Sequence record: SRR33789315_40
Length of the DNA stretch: 41,575 nucleotides
Direction: 5' to 3' (one strand)
Below, one piece after another: positions 20,026 through 28,689 of this stretch (position 1 is its first letter; the number at the start of each line of letters is the position of its first letter). The notes under the pieces were generated by a model. The model worked only from the letters and a program-made list of their open reading frames with translations. It did not search any database and was not told where the DNA came from. The translations under genes and the position numbers were made by a program.

Positions 20026-20567
20026 TTGACACTCCCCGATTTAGCATAAGGTATCGACTTAATATTGCGTGTTTTGCGCATTTCATTACACTTTATCAAG
20101 CCATTTGCGATGTGGTTTTCAACAGTATTTTCACTTAAGTTTAAACTTTTAGCGATTTCTTTTTGGCTATACCCATAGACTTTTTTGAGCACGAATACCT
20201 TTCGACATTTTACCGGTAATTTTCGGACGACTTCGCAAAACCGTGAAAACTCTTGATCAGTGGCAAAACCGTCAAATGTTGGGTCACCTTCTAACTTTAA
20301 GCATGAAATATCCTCAATATCGAGATCTTCAATACTATGATTAAGTCGATTCGCCGCTTTTTTACGGTGATCCAAGGCTAAATTTTTCGCCATTTTCAAC
20401 ATAAATGAGCGAGGATGTTCTATATTCACTTCTGACTTTACCAAACAAAGCTTTACATAGGTTTCCTGCACAATATCTTCAATATCATCTGGGGGCACAA
20501 TGCTGGAGATAGTTTTAATTACTAATTTCCTTATACCCAAATATATATCAGTCATACTGGTAGACAT
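20022..20567 (-). CDS. ECF sigma factor (FecI-like)
   Basis: Region 2 DIEDIVQETY..AKNLALD; region 4 LPVKCRKVF..GYSQKEIA..SENTVENH. Confidence 0.93.
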   Translation of the reverse strand: MSTSMTDIYLGIRKLVIKTISSIVPPDDIEDIVQETYVKLCLVKSEVNIEHPRSFMLKMAKNLALDHRKKAANRLNHSIEDLDIEDISCLKLEGDPTFDGFATDQEFSRFCEVVRKLPVKCRKVFVLKKVYGYSQKEIAKSLNLSENTVENHIANGLIKCNEMRKTRNIKSIPYAKSGSVK

Positions 20568-20600
20568 AACATCCCTAAGCCTTATTTAAGCGTAATTCAC

Positions 20601-20637
20601 TGTCTAATGAGACGAATCAACTTTGGCATTCCACCAA
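20601..20637 (-). promoter_or_regulatory. Putative ECF promoter for the sigma-fecR operon
   Basis: Minus strand TTGGTGGAAT-N11-TTCGTCTCATTAGACA; matches the copy at 20811-20847. Confidence 0.75.
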
Positions 20638-20810
20638 AACTATTCCAATTTTATTCAAGCGTGAAACCTTTGAACAAAGATATTAACTATCCATAGGCTT
20701 ACACACATTTTTTATTTACTCTAACTAACCACCCCACTTAACTAAAGCACAACTAATTGTTACAGATTCATGTTATTCCACCACTCAATGTTATTATTTT
20801 GTAAATAATA

Positions 20811-20847
20811 TTGGTGGAATCCATAATCTTGTTCGTCTCATTAAACA
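20811..20847 (+). promoter_or_regulatory. Putative ECF promoter for the TonB-dependent transducer
   Basis: TTGGTGGAAT-N11-TTCGTCTCATTAAACA; matches the divergent copy. Confidence 0.75.
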
Positions 20848-20879
20848 GAGTAAGCAAAAATCTTACTTCAGAGGTTGAG

Positions 20880-23800
20880 TTGAAAGTACTTATAAAAATA
20901 ATATTTATCGCTGTATGTCTTACTATTTCGACTTTAGTCAGAGCCGATAATGCTTATTATGAAAAAGTACATCAATTCAATATTTCTCAACAGAGCGCAG
21001 ACCAATCATTAATTGAGCTGGCGTCACAAGCAGACTTTACGCTGGTGTTTCCCTATGACTCAGTAAAGTTTGTAAGCGCTAACGCAATTAACGGGCAATA
21101 CTCCATCTTCGAAGCGATTGAATTAATGTTAGATGGTACGTCATTACAGGTCAGTATTAATGCCCAAGGTATGCTCTCTATTGATAACAAAAAAAATATG
21201 AGTCGACCCACTAACATGAAAAAATCAAAAATATCCATCGGCATAATCGCGGCAATATCCAGCATGATGGGCTTTGCCAGTGATGCACAGGAAATGACAC
21301 AAGACAACACTCCCGAGCAAGATCAAATAGAAGTCATTAACGTCACAGGGTTTCGCAATGCTTTAGTCAAGGCCCTTGACGCCAAACGCGACGCTTCAAA
21401 TGTGCGCGAATCTATCATGGCCGAAGACATCGGCAAATTTCCTGATTTAAACGTTGCCGAAGCCATTCAGCGTATTCCCGGAGTCGCCATTTCTCGTGAA
21501 GGTGGAGAAGGCCGTAATATAACCCTGCGTGGTTTTAGTCCCGGATTCACTCGCACTACATTAAATGGCATGGAAGTACCCGCGGGTAGTGATGGCCTCG
21601 ACTCTGGCGGAGTGACATTAAACAACAGTCGCGCCTTTGACTTTAATGTATTTGCGTCTGAATTGTTTAGTCGCATTGATATTCAAAAAACCCAAACGGC
21701 CTCAATAGAAGAAGGCGGTATTGCTGGTACCGTTGACATGTATTCGGCTCGACCTTTTGATAGCCCCGGTTTTCACTCATCTGTTTCATTAAAAGGCGGC
21801 TACAACAGCTTAACTAAAAAAAACGACCCAAGAATGGCGTTTCTTATCAGCAATACTTTTAATGATGATACTTTGGGTGCGTTATTCTCGGTGGCGGTTT
21901 CTGACCGCACGGTTCGCCAAGAAGGCTTTGGCAGCGTACGCTGGCAGCCAACTAACCAAATAGGCAATGGCACTTGGGGTGATACTTCTCAGTTAACCAC
22001 CATAAATGGCACACCTAGTAATTATTGTGGTGCAGAAGAGGCGATTTCTTGCTTATGGGTTCCGCGCCTACCTCGCGCTGATTTTTTTGGCAATGATCAA
22101 AGTCGTATTGGTGTCACAACATCACTACAATATAAGCCGTCAGACGACATGCAGTTCACTCTTGATGTATTGCATTCAGAATTAGAAAATGACAGACGCA
22201 GTTACAATTCAATGGAATGGTTTATTAATCGCGGCGCTCCAGGAGGATTCCAAGGTCAAACGCCACTTGAATTTACCGTTGATGAATCAGGTAAAATTTT
22301 AGTTGCAGGTAGCTTTGACAACGTCACTTCTTGGTATGAAAGTCGCTACCAGATATCTGACTCTACTTTTGATCAATATGTCTTTTCTGGCGACCTACAA
22401 CTAAACGACAGCCTCGCACTTGATTTCATGGTTGGTTATGCAAAAAATGATGCTGACCGTGAAGAAATTCGCTACTACTACCGTTCTATACCCCACTTTT
22501 ACTCTTATGATTACAGTAGTGGAGACGCCGCCACAGTCAGTTATGGTGATTACGATGCAACTGATCCAAACAACTTTGTGGACGTAGTAAACGCGGCCAA
22601 TCGCAATCACAACGTGAAAAAAACCAACTTTACCAGCAAAATTGATTTGCAATATTTAGGCGATAATTTTGACATAAAAACCGGTATTGCCTTTAATGAC
22701 CGAGAAGTTGATAGTCAAACAGGCAATGGTAATTTTGTCGCGTTTGAACCATCACAATACACCAGCCCTTTTCCCTATTCGGACTTTGGCAACGGCTTAG
22801 ATGGCGCATCGTTAGTGCCTTTTCTGGTTGCTGATTTTACTAAGTTAGAACAAGATGGCATTCTCACCCATGACTATACTGCTAATAAAGCAGCGGGTTG
22901 GGTGGTCGATGAAACAACCAAAGCCTTATATCTTGAATACAATGGTGACGTTGAATTAGGTGATATGCTGTTACGTACAAACTTCGGTCTGCGATATGTG
23001 AATACAGAAGTCACATCTGAAGCCTTGGTAGGCGGCGATCTCGTTTCTGTTAAGCGTAATTACAACAACTTCTTGCCATCAATGAATTTAGCCTTAGATG
23101 TTAGCGATGACATCATTACGCGCTTATCCTATGGCCGTAGTATGACTCGTCCGAGCCTCTCAAGTTTAAATATTGCCGCGCCAACTTTTGGCTACACTAC
23201 ATTTACTGTAAGTAATTTAGGTAATCCTGGCTTAAATCCATATGAATCAAATGACGTTGATTTAGGAATAGAATGGTATTTTTCTGAAGAGTCTGTACTA
23301 GCCTTTAGCATTTTTAATAAAGAGATCGTCGTATCGCTTGAAACGAATGAGATTGAAAAGTTAATAGACCAAGAGTTTTGGCCAGTCATTTATGCTGACC
23401 CTCAATATATAGCAACCGCCCCGCTTGGTGACCCCGCAACTCAAGTTTATTCACACAATATTCCAATTAATAATAATGATGGTTTCACCGTAACGGGTTA
23501 CGAATTAAGTTACCAACAGCCGTTTACATTCTTTGATGGTTGGTTGTCTAACTTTGGTGTAGTGGCCAACTTGACTCATGTTAGCGCACAGGACTCAACA
23601 GGACTATCACCAAACTCGCATAATTTCACCTTGTATTATGAAGAGGAAAGTTACGGTGCGCGTATATCAATGAATAAACGCGATGACTATCTCCTTAGTG
23701 AGCCCGGTGGTAATGGACACGCCCAAGAGCGTAAATACGGCCCAACACATGTCGACTTTTCCGCATTTTATCATTTCACTGACCACATAACGGTTTCTCT

Positions 23801-23927
23801 GGAAATCATTAACTTAACAGATGAGATTGAACGTATTTATGGAACCGGTGACGGTAATATGGATTTAACCCGTGAATATAGTCATACAGGTACCGAGTAT
23901 TTCTTAGGAGGACGTTATAATTTTTAG
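20880..23927 (+). CDS. TonB-dependent transducer (STN-like N-terminal domain; carbohydrate-type receptor)
   Basis: TTG 20880 after GAGG; signal peptide; STN-like FNISQQSADQSLIELASQA..; TonB box IEVINVTG; plug AEDIGKFPDLNVAEAIQRIPGV; C-terminal RYNF. Confidence 0.93.
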   Translation: MKVLIKIIFIAVCLTISTLVRADNAYYEKVHQFNISQQSADQSLIELASQADFTLVFPYDSVKFVSANAINGQYSIFEAIELMLDGTSLQVSINAQGMLSIDNKKNMSRPTNMKKSKISIGIIAAISSMMGFASDAQEMTQDNTPEQDQIEVINVTGFRNALVKALDAKRDASNVRESIMAEDIGKFPDLNVAEAIQRIPGVAISREGGEGRNITLRGFSPGFTRTTLNGMEVPAGSDGLDSGGVTLNNSRAFDFNVFASELFSRIDIQKTQTASIEEGGIAGTVDMYSARPFDSPGFHSSVSLKGGYNSLTKKNDPRMAFLISNTFNDDTLGALFSVAVSDRTVRQEGFGSVRWQPTNQIGNGTWGDTSQLTTINGTPSNYCGAEEAISCLWVPRLPRADFFGNDQSRIGVTTSLQYKPSDDMQFTLDVLHSELENDRRSYNSMEWFINRGAPGGFQGQTPLEFTVDESGKILVAGSFDNVTSWYESRYQISDSTFDQYVFSGDLQLNDSLALDFMVGYAKNDADREEIRYYYRSIPHFYSYDYSSGDAATVSYGDYDATDPNNFVDVVNAANRNHNVKKTNFTSKIDLQYLGDNFDIKTGIAFNDREVDSQTGNGNFVAFEPSQYTSPFPYSDFGNGLDGASLVPFLVADFTKLEQDGILTHDYTANKAAGWVVDETTKALYLEYNGDVELGDMLLRTNFGLRYVNTEVTSEALVGGDLVSVKRNYNNFLPSMNLALDVSDDIITRLSYGRSMTRPSLSSLNIAAPTFGYTTFTVSNLGNPGLNPYESNDVDLGIEWYFSEESVLAFSIFNKEIVVSLETNEIEKLIDQEFWPVIYADPQYIATAPLGDPATQVYSHNIPINNNDGFTVTGYELSYQQPFTFFDGWLSNFGVVANLTHVSAQDSTGLSPNSHNFTLYYEEESYGARISMNKRDDYLLSEPGGNGHAQERKYGPTHVDFSAFYHFTDHITVSLEIINLTDEIERIYGTGDGNMDLTREYSHTGTEYFLGGRYNF

Positions 23928-23944
23928 TTAAGTCCATTGTTGTT

Positions 23945-23981
23945 AGGGATGCTAAGGCATCCCTTTTCCTTTTCCTTTTCC
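23945..23981 (+). terminator. Intrinsic terminator after the receptor gene
   Basis: AGGGATGC-TAAG-GCATCCCT running into (TTTTCC)x3. Confidence 0.75.
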
Positions 23982-24027
23982 TGCAAGTTACACACTCAAG
24001 AAAATACTTAATGATGAAAACAAATAC

Positions 24028-24072
24028 TTGCAAAACGTAATCAATAAACTATAATTTCTTTCGTTTCAAAAG
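24028..24072 (+). promoter_or_regulatory. Sigma70 promoter and probable DeoR(GlmR) operator for the regulator-glmS operon
   Basis: TTGCAA(24028)-N16-TATAAT(24050); near-palindrome CTTTCG-TTT-CAAAAG at 24058-24072. Confidence 0.65.
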
Positions 24073-24098
24073 ATATATCTTTCACGATGGATTGAATT

Positions 24099-24866
24099 TT
24101 GCAAAAACGTAATACCCAACAACGCCGCCGAGGCATTATTGAATGTTTAAATAGCAATGGCGAAGTACTGGTCGATGAACTTGCTAAACAATTTTCCACT
24201 TCTGAAGTAACGATTCGTAAAGATCTTGCTGAACTTGAAAATAACGGTCTGCTGCTACGTAAATTTGGCGGCGCCGTATTATTGCCTAAAGACGCGTCAG
24301 AGTTATCCAATGAAAGGCTCTCTAGCCGTAAAATAGCCATTGCCAAAGCCGCTGCAGATTTAATTAAAGACCATAATCGTATTATTATCGATAGTGGCAG
24401 TACTACATCTGCCTTACTTCCTTTGTTAAAAAATAAAGTTGGTTTAGTTGTAATGACAAATTCATTACAAGTAAGTAGTTACTTACTCGAGCAAGAAAAT
24501 GAACCCAAAGTGCTAATGACCGGTGGTAGCTGGGACACCCAATCACACTCATTTCAAGGCAAAATGGCCGAATTAGTTTTACGCTCTTATAATTTTGATC
24601 AAGCCTTTGTTGGGGCAGCAGGTCTAGATCTAGAACATGGAACGACGACCTTTAACGAATTAACGCAGCTAAGCAAAGTCATGGCAGAAGTCTCAAATCA
24701 AGTTGTGGTAATGGCTGAATCAGAGAAACTACAACGCAAAATACCTAATGTAGAATTGCCGTGGCAATCTATCTCAATTTTAGTCACTGATGATTTGATT
24801 AGTGCTGAAGCAAAACAACGTATTGAACAACAAGGTGTCGCAGTGATCTGCGCTAAACCCCTTTAA
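24099..24866 (+). CDS. DeoR-family regulator of glmS (GlmR-like)
   Basis: [24 protein letters not shown]; immediately upstream of glmS. Confidence 0.92.
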   Translation: MQKRNTQQRRRGIIECLNSNGEVLVDELAKQFSTSEVTIRKDLAELENNGLLLRKFGGAVLLPKDASELSNERLSSRKIAIAKAAADLIKDHNRIIIDSGSTTSALLPLLKNKVGLVVMTNSLQVSSYLLEQENEPKVLMTGGSWDTQSHSFQGKMAELVLRSYNFDQAFVGAAGLDLEHGTTTFNELTQLSKVMAEVSNQVVVMAESEKLQRKIPNVELPWQSISILVTDDLISAEAKQRIEQQGVAVICAKPL

Positions 24867-24879
24867 CTGGAGTCATTGT

Positions 24880-26712
24880 ATGTGTGGAATTGTTGGAGCT
24901 ATTGCTGAAAGAAATGTGGTTGAAATATTGTTAGAGGGTCTTAGACGTCTAGAATACCGTGGTTATGATTCTGCGGGTGTGGCCTTATTAGACGCTGATG
25001 GGCAACTCACTCGCACTCGTCGTATAGGCAAAGTAAAAGAATTAGCCGATGCCATTCACCAGTTTCCTGTTAAAGGCAGTACGGGCATTGCGCATACTCG
25101 CTGGGCAACTCACGGTGGAGTGACGGAAGCAAACGCCCATCCACATTTTTCAAATGAGCGTATTGCTGTTGTACACAATGGGATCATTGAAAATTACCAA
25201 CAATTACGCCACGACTTAACCGCCCTTGGTTATGGCTTTACTTCAGATACCGACACCGAAACCATTGCCCATCAAGTACATTGGGAAGTAGACCAATGTA
25301 AGGACTTACTTACTGCAGTACAAAGAGCAGTAGCTAAATTTCATGGAGCCTATGGTACGGTTATCATGGATAAAAATGATCCAGAACGTATTATTGTGGC
25401 ACGTTCAGGTAGTCCTTTAGTTATCGGCTTAGGTATCGGTGAGAACTTTATTGCCTCTGACCAAATGGCTTTATTACCTGTTACCCGTCGCTTTATGTAC
25501 CTCGAAGAAGGAGATGTGGCTGAAATTACCCGCACGTCTATTACAGTCTATGATTCTCAGGGCGGTCAAGTAGAGCGCAACATCAGCGAGTCTGACATCG
25601 AGCATGATGCAGGTGACAAAGCAGGTTACCGTCACTATATGTTGAAAGAAATTCATGAACAACCGAATGTAGTCAGAAATACTCTATTAGGTCGCTTAAA
25701 TGAAACCGGTATAAGTGCCAATATCTTTGGCCAAGGCGCAGATGAATTACTGGCAAAAATAAAACACGTACAGATTATTGCCTGTGGCACTAGTTATCAC
25801 TCTGGTATGACGGCGCGATATTGGTTAGAACAATATGCCAATGTATCGTGCAATGTTGAAATTGCCTCAGAGTTTCGTTATCGCAAGTCATTTGTACATC
25901 CCAACAGTTTAATCGTGACCATATCCCAGTCGGGCGAAACTGCCGATACCTTAGCGGCATTACGCCTAGCTAAAGAACAAGGTTATTCTGCTAGTCTAGC
26001 CATATGTAATGTACCTGGCTCTTCGTTGGTGCGAGAGTCAGATTTAGCCTTTATGACTTTGGCCGGTGCAGAAATAGGAGTAGCTTCTACTAAAGCTTTT
26101 ACCACTCAATTAACTGGTTTGTTAATGCTTACTCTTGCTTTAGGCCAGCATAATGGCATCAGCCAAGATGATCATAAAAATATTGTTAAGGCTCTGCACA
26201 GTCTTCCCGCTAAATTAGAAGAAACTCTTGAACTCACCAAAGGCATTAAAGAGTTAGCAGAAGAGTTTGCTGATAAGCAACACAGTTTATTTTTGGGACG
26301 AGGCGACCAATACCCCATTGCAATGGAGGGTGCATTGAAACTGAAAGAGATTTCCTATATTCATGCTGAAGCCTATGCCTCAGGTGAATTAAAACATGGC
26401 CCTTTAGCACTAATTGACGACGACATGCCTGTTATTGTAGTGGCACCAAATAATGAATTATTAGAAAAGCTTAAATCAAACGTAGAAGAGGTACGGGCTC
26501 GCGGTGGCATAATGTATGTCTTTGCAGATAAACAAGCTAATTTCAAAAGTGACAAGACCATGCGCGTCATTAATGTGCCACATTGTGAACCTGCTATCGC
26601 GCCTATTATTTATACTATTCCACTGCAACTACTTTCTTACTATGTTGCAATTATCAAAGGTACTGATGTCGATCAACCTCGAAATTTAGCTAAATCGGTA
26701 ACGGTTGAATAA
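24880..26712 (+). CDS. glmS: Glutamine--fructose-6-phosphate aminotransferase
   Basis: [44 protein letters not shown]. Confidence 0.99.
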   Translation: MCGIVGAIAERNVVEILLEGLRRLEYRGYDSAGVALLDADGQLTRTRRIGKVKELADAIHQFPVKGSTGIAHTRWATHGGVTEANAHPHFSNERIAVVHNGIIENYQQLRHDLTALGYGFTSDTDTETIAHQVHWEVDQCKDLLTAVQRAVAKFHGAYGTVIMDKNDPERIIVARSGSPLVIGLGIGENFIASDQMALLPVTRRFMYLEEGDVAEITRTSITVYDSQGGQVERNISESDIEHDAGDKAGYRHYMLKEIHEQPNVVRNTLLGRLNETGISANIFGQGADELLAKIKHVQIIACGTSYHSGMTARYWLEQYANVSCNVEIASEFRYRKSFVHPNSLIVTISQSGETADTLAALRLAKEQGYSASLAICNVPGSSLVRESDLAFMTLAGAEIGVASTKAFTTQLTGLLMLTLALGQHNGISQDDHKNIVKALHSLPAKLEETLELTKGIKELAEEFADKQHSLFLGRGDQYPIAMEGALKLKEISYIHAEAYASGELKHGPLALIDDDMPVIVVAPNNELLEKLKSNVEEVRARGGIMYVFADKQANFKSDKTMRVINVPHCEPAIAPIIYTIPLQLLSYYVAIIKGTDVDQPRNLAKSVTVE

Positions 26713-26745
26713 AAATATTTTGGTCAAAAAGTGAAAAAGGGGCTT
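26677..26745 (+). other. attTn7 site, apparently unoccupied
   Basis: Last glmS codons ([11 protein letters not shown]) form the TnsD target; downstream terminator is intact, and no Tn7 end or tns gene is visible. Confidence 0.7.
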
Positions 26746-26758
26746 CGCTCCTTTTTCA
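26732..26758 (+). terminator. glmS intrinsic terminator
   Basis: TGAAAAAGGGGC-TTC-GCTCCTTTTTCA. Confidence 0.85.
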
Positions 26759-26989
26759 TTCATACCTTCCAACATTCGAGAAATTGATGTTTACGGTTCG
26801 TTTATAAAAACAACTGTTTATGCGCAAACTCCCTAATTTCTTCAGCCCATTTTTGTAGTATGATAAGGCATATATATTAATTTCTGTCGGTCTTTGTGAG
26901 CTATTATATTTAAAACAGATAAACCAAGCTTTTGGTAGATTTCCAAGGCAAGCTATCTATTTCTGCGCAGTCTAATTTTATGAATAGGG

Positions 26990-28258
26990 TTGACCATGTT
27001 GTATCGTTTTATCATTGGACTTACGCTTTTAGCCTTATTTAGTATTCCTCATACCTTGGCAAATGAACTAAAGGCCGAATTTAGTGGTTTTGCTTCTTTA
27101 GCCATAAGTTATAGTGACGATCCAGAATTTGGTTTTAGTTCTAGCTACTTAAATGAAAGCAAAGCGGGTTGGTCAGTCGCGCGTGATTCAATCTTAGGTG
27201 GGCAAGCAAATATTTCCATAGCGAAAAACTGGGATTCAGTAGTGCAAGTAGTTTTACAAGATCGTGCCTACCAAGAGTTTAACAATTTTGTTGAATTAGT
27301 CTTTATTCGTTATCGTCCAACACGAAACTGGGCCATTCGCGCCGGTAGATTAAACAGCGACCTTTACCTTCTGTCAGAATATCCTTATGTGGGTTATGCC
27401 TATTTATGGGCGAGGCCACCTCACGAATATTACTCTTATGCTAGTGCTGGCGGTCGCTACGAAGGCGCAGATGTAGAATATAATCAGGCACTTTTAAATG
27501 GTTTTCTGCGGGTGAAACTTGCCGTAGGTGAAACCACCGCTAAATTACAATCTGATAGTGATATATTTTTCATCGATTTTAATAACTTAATCACATTAAG
27601 CAGCACCTACTCAATTAATGAATGGACAATACGTTTTTCTGCATCTCAAACATCACTTGGTTCTTATGAATTTGGCGAGCTAAGCGATTTTATTGATATT
27701 CTAAACACCATTCCTCCCCAGCTTTGGCCACAAGCCAATGAGTTTGCTGCGGACTTGGATACTCAGAATAAAAAAGTCACTTATTATGCCTTTGGTTTGA
27801 CTTATGATAGTGAAAATTGGTTAATTCAATCTGAATTGGGTGTGTCAAATTCTCAATGGCTAGTTGCCCCTCCGAATCTGAGTGCCTATATTAGTGTGGG
27901 TTATCGATTTGATGAATTCACCCTTTATTCCAGTTTATCAGTAGCTGAAAACCACGACGAGCGAAAAATTGTCACCCAGCCTGACTTTCCTGCAGGAATG
28001 CCGGTAGGAATTACAGGACCTATTCAACAGATTGTTAACATAACACAAAATGCAATTGACAGACCTCGGGTCCATCAACACTCTGTTAATATTGGCGTGA
28101 AGTGGTATTTTTCTGAGAAAATCGTGATTAAGGCTCAAATAGATCATTTTGCGATACAAACCTTTGGCGGTGGACTTTGGAATATAAGTACTCCTCAGGA
28201 TGTGGCGAAATCTCACGACATTAATGTGTTTACTCTCAGCAGTAGCGTGGTGTTTTAA
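26990..28258 (+). CDS. Putative outer-membrane beta-barrel (porin-like) protein
   Basis: Signal peptide, FSGFAS first strand, alternating amphipathic strands, RAGR..YLLSEY..VGYAYLWARPP.EYY motif, terminal Phe; start may be ATG 26996. Confidence 0.75.
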   Translation: MTMLYRFIIGLTLLALFSIPHTLANELKAEFSGFASLAISYSDDPEFGFSSSYLNESKAGWSVARDSILGGQANISIAKNWDSVVQVVLQDRAYQEFNNFVELVFIRYRPTRNWAIRAGRLNSDLYLLSEYPYVGYAYLWARPPHEYYSYASAGGRYEGADVEYNQALLNGFLRVKLAVGETTAKLQSDSDIFFIDFNNLITLSSTYSINEWTIRFSASQTSLGSYEFGELSDFIDILNTIPPQLWPQANEFAADLDTQNKKVTYYAFGLTYDSENWLIQSELGVSNSQWLVAPPNLSAYISVGYRFDEFTLYSSLSVAENHDERKIVTQPDFPAGMPVGITGPIQQIVNITQNAIDRPRVHQHSVNIGVKWYFSEKIVIKAQIDHFAIQTFGGGLWNISTPQDVAKSHDINVFTLSSSVVF

Positions 28259-28260
28259 AG

Positions 28261-28689
28261 ATGAAAAGCCTTACTATATTGCTTTTTTGTCTAGCGGCCT
28301 TAAGCTTCCCAACTTGGAGTGTGGACTTTGTTGTAGTGGTCAATAAACAGAACAATATTGATTCGTTGTCAAAGCGAGAAGTGATTGATATTTATATGGG
28401 TCGTTACATCACCTTTCCCGATGGTGAAGTCGCCCAACCGGTTGATTTGCCAGCCGAATCCCCCCTCAAAAGTGATTTCTATTTGCAATTAGTCAATAAA
28501 GACGAGCAGAAAATTAATGCTTATTGGGCTAGGCTATTATTTTCTGGACGGGCTAAGCCACCAATTTCAGCCAGCTCCGTTGAAGATGCACTTAGTAAAT
28601 TAAATATGTCACAAAATTCAATTGGCTATATTCCTGAAGACCAACTGACTGATACTGTAAAAGTGGTTTATCGATTTAATGAAAATTAG
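28261..28689 (+). CDS. Small exported protein, PBP-like (type often annotated as phosphate ABC substrate-binding protein)
   Basis: Signal peptide; VVVVNKQN..LSKREVIDIYMG; AYWARLLFSGRAKPP; SIGYI. Confidence 0.8.
   Translation: MKSLTILLFCLAALSFPTWSVDFVVVVNKQNNIDSLSKREVIDIYMGRYITFPDGEVAQPVDLPAESPLKSDFYLQLVNKDEQKINAYWARLLFSGRAKPPISASSVEDALSKLNMSQNSIGYIPEDQLTDTVKVVYRFNEN

Noticed and set aside
20811-20879. ORF-track start of the receptor at TTG 20811
   Set aside because: It lies within the putative ECF promoter; TTG 20880 has a GAGG RBS and begins a proper signal peptide.
21189-21196. A8 run between the STN domain and the internal signal peptide as a phase-variation tract
   Set aside because: It is short for an AT-rich genome and the frame is intact; it cannot be supported without read data.
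23964-23981. (TTTTCC)x3 microsatellite
   Set aside because: Only three units, forming the terminator tail; there is no evidence of a separate function.
24867-24879. glmS ribozyme
   Set aside because: Only 13 bp separate the regulator from glmS, leaving no room.
26919-26929. ATAAACCAAGC shared with 17313-17323, flanking the glm region
   Set aside because: An 11-mer repeat is expected by chance in 41 kb of AT-rich DNA, and no recombinase is nearby.
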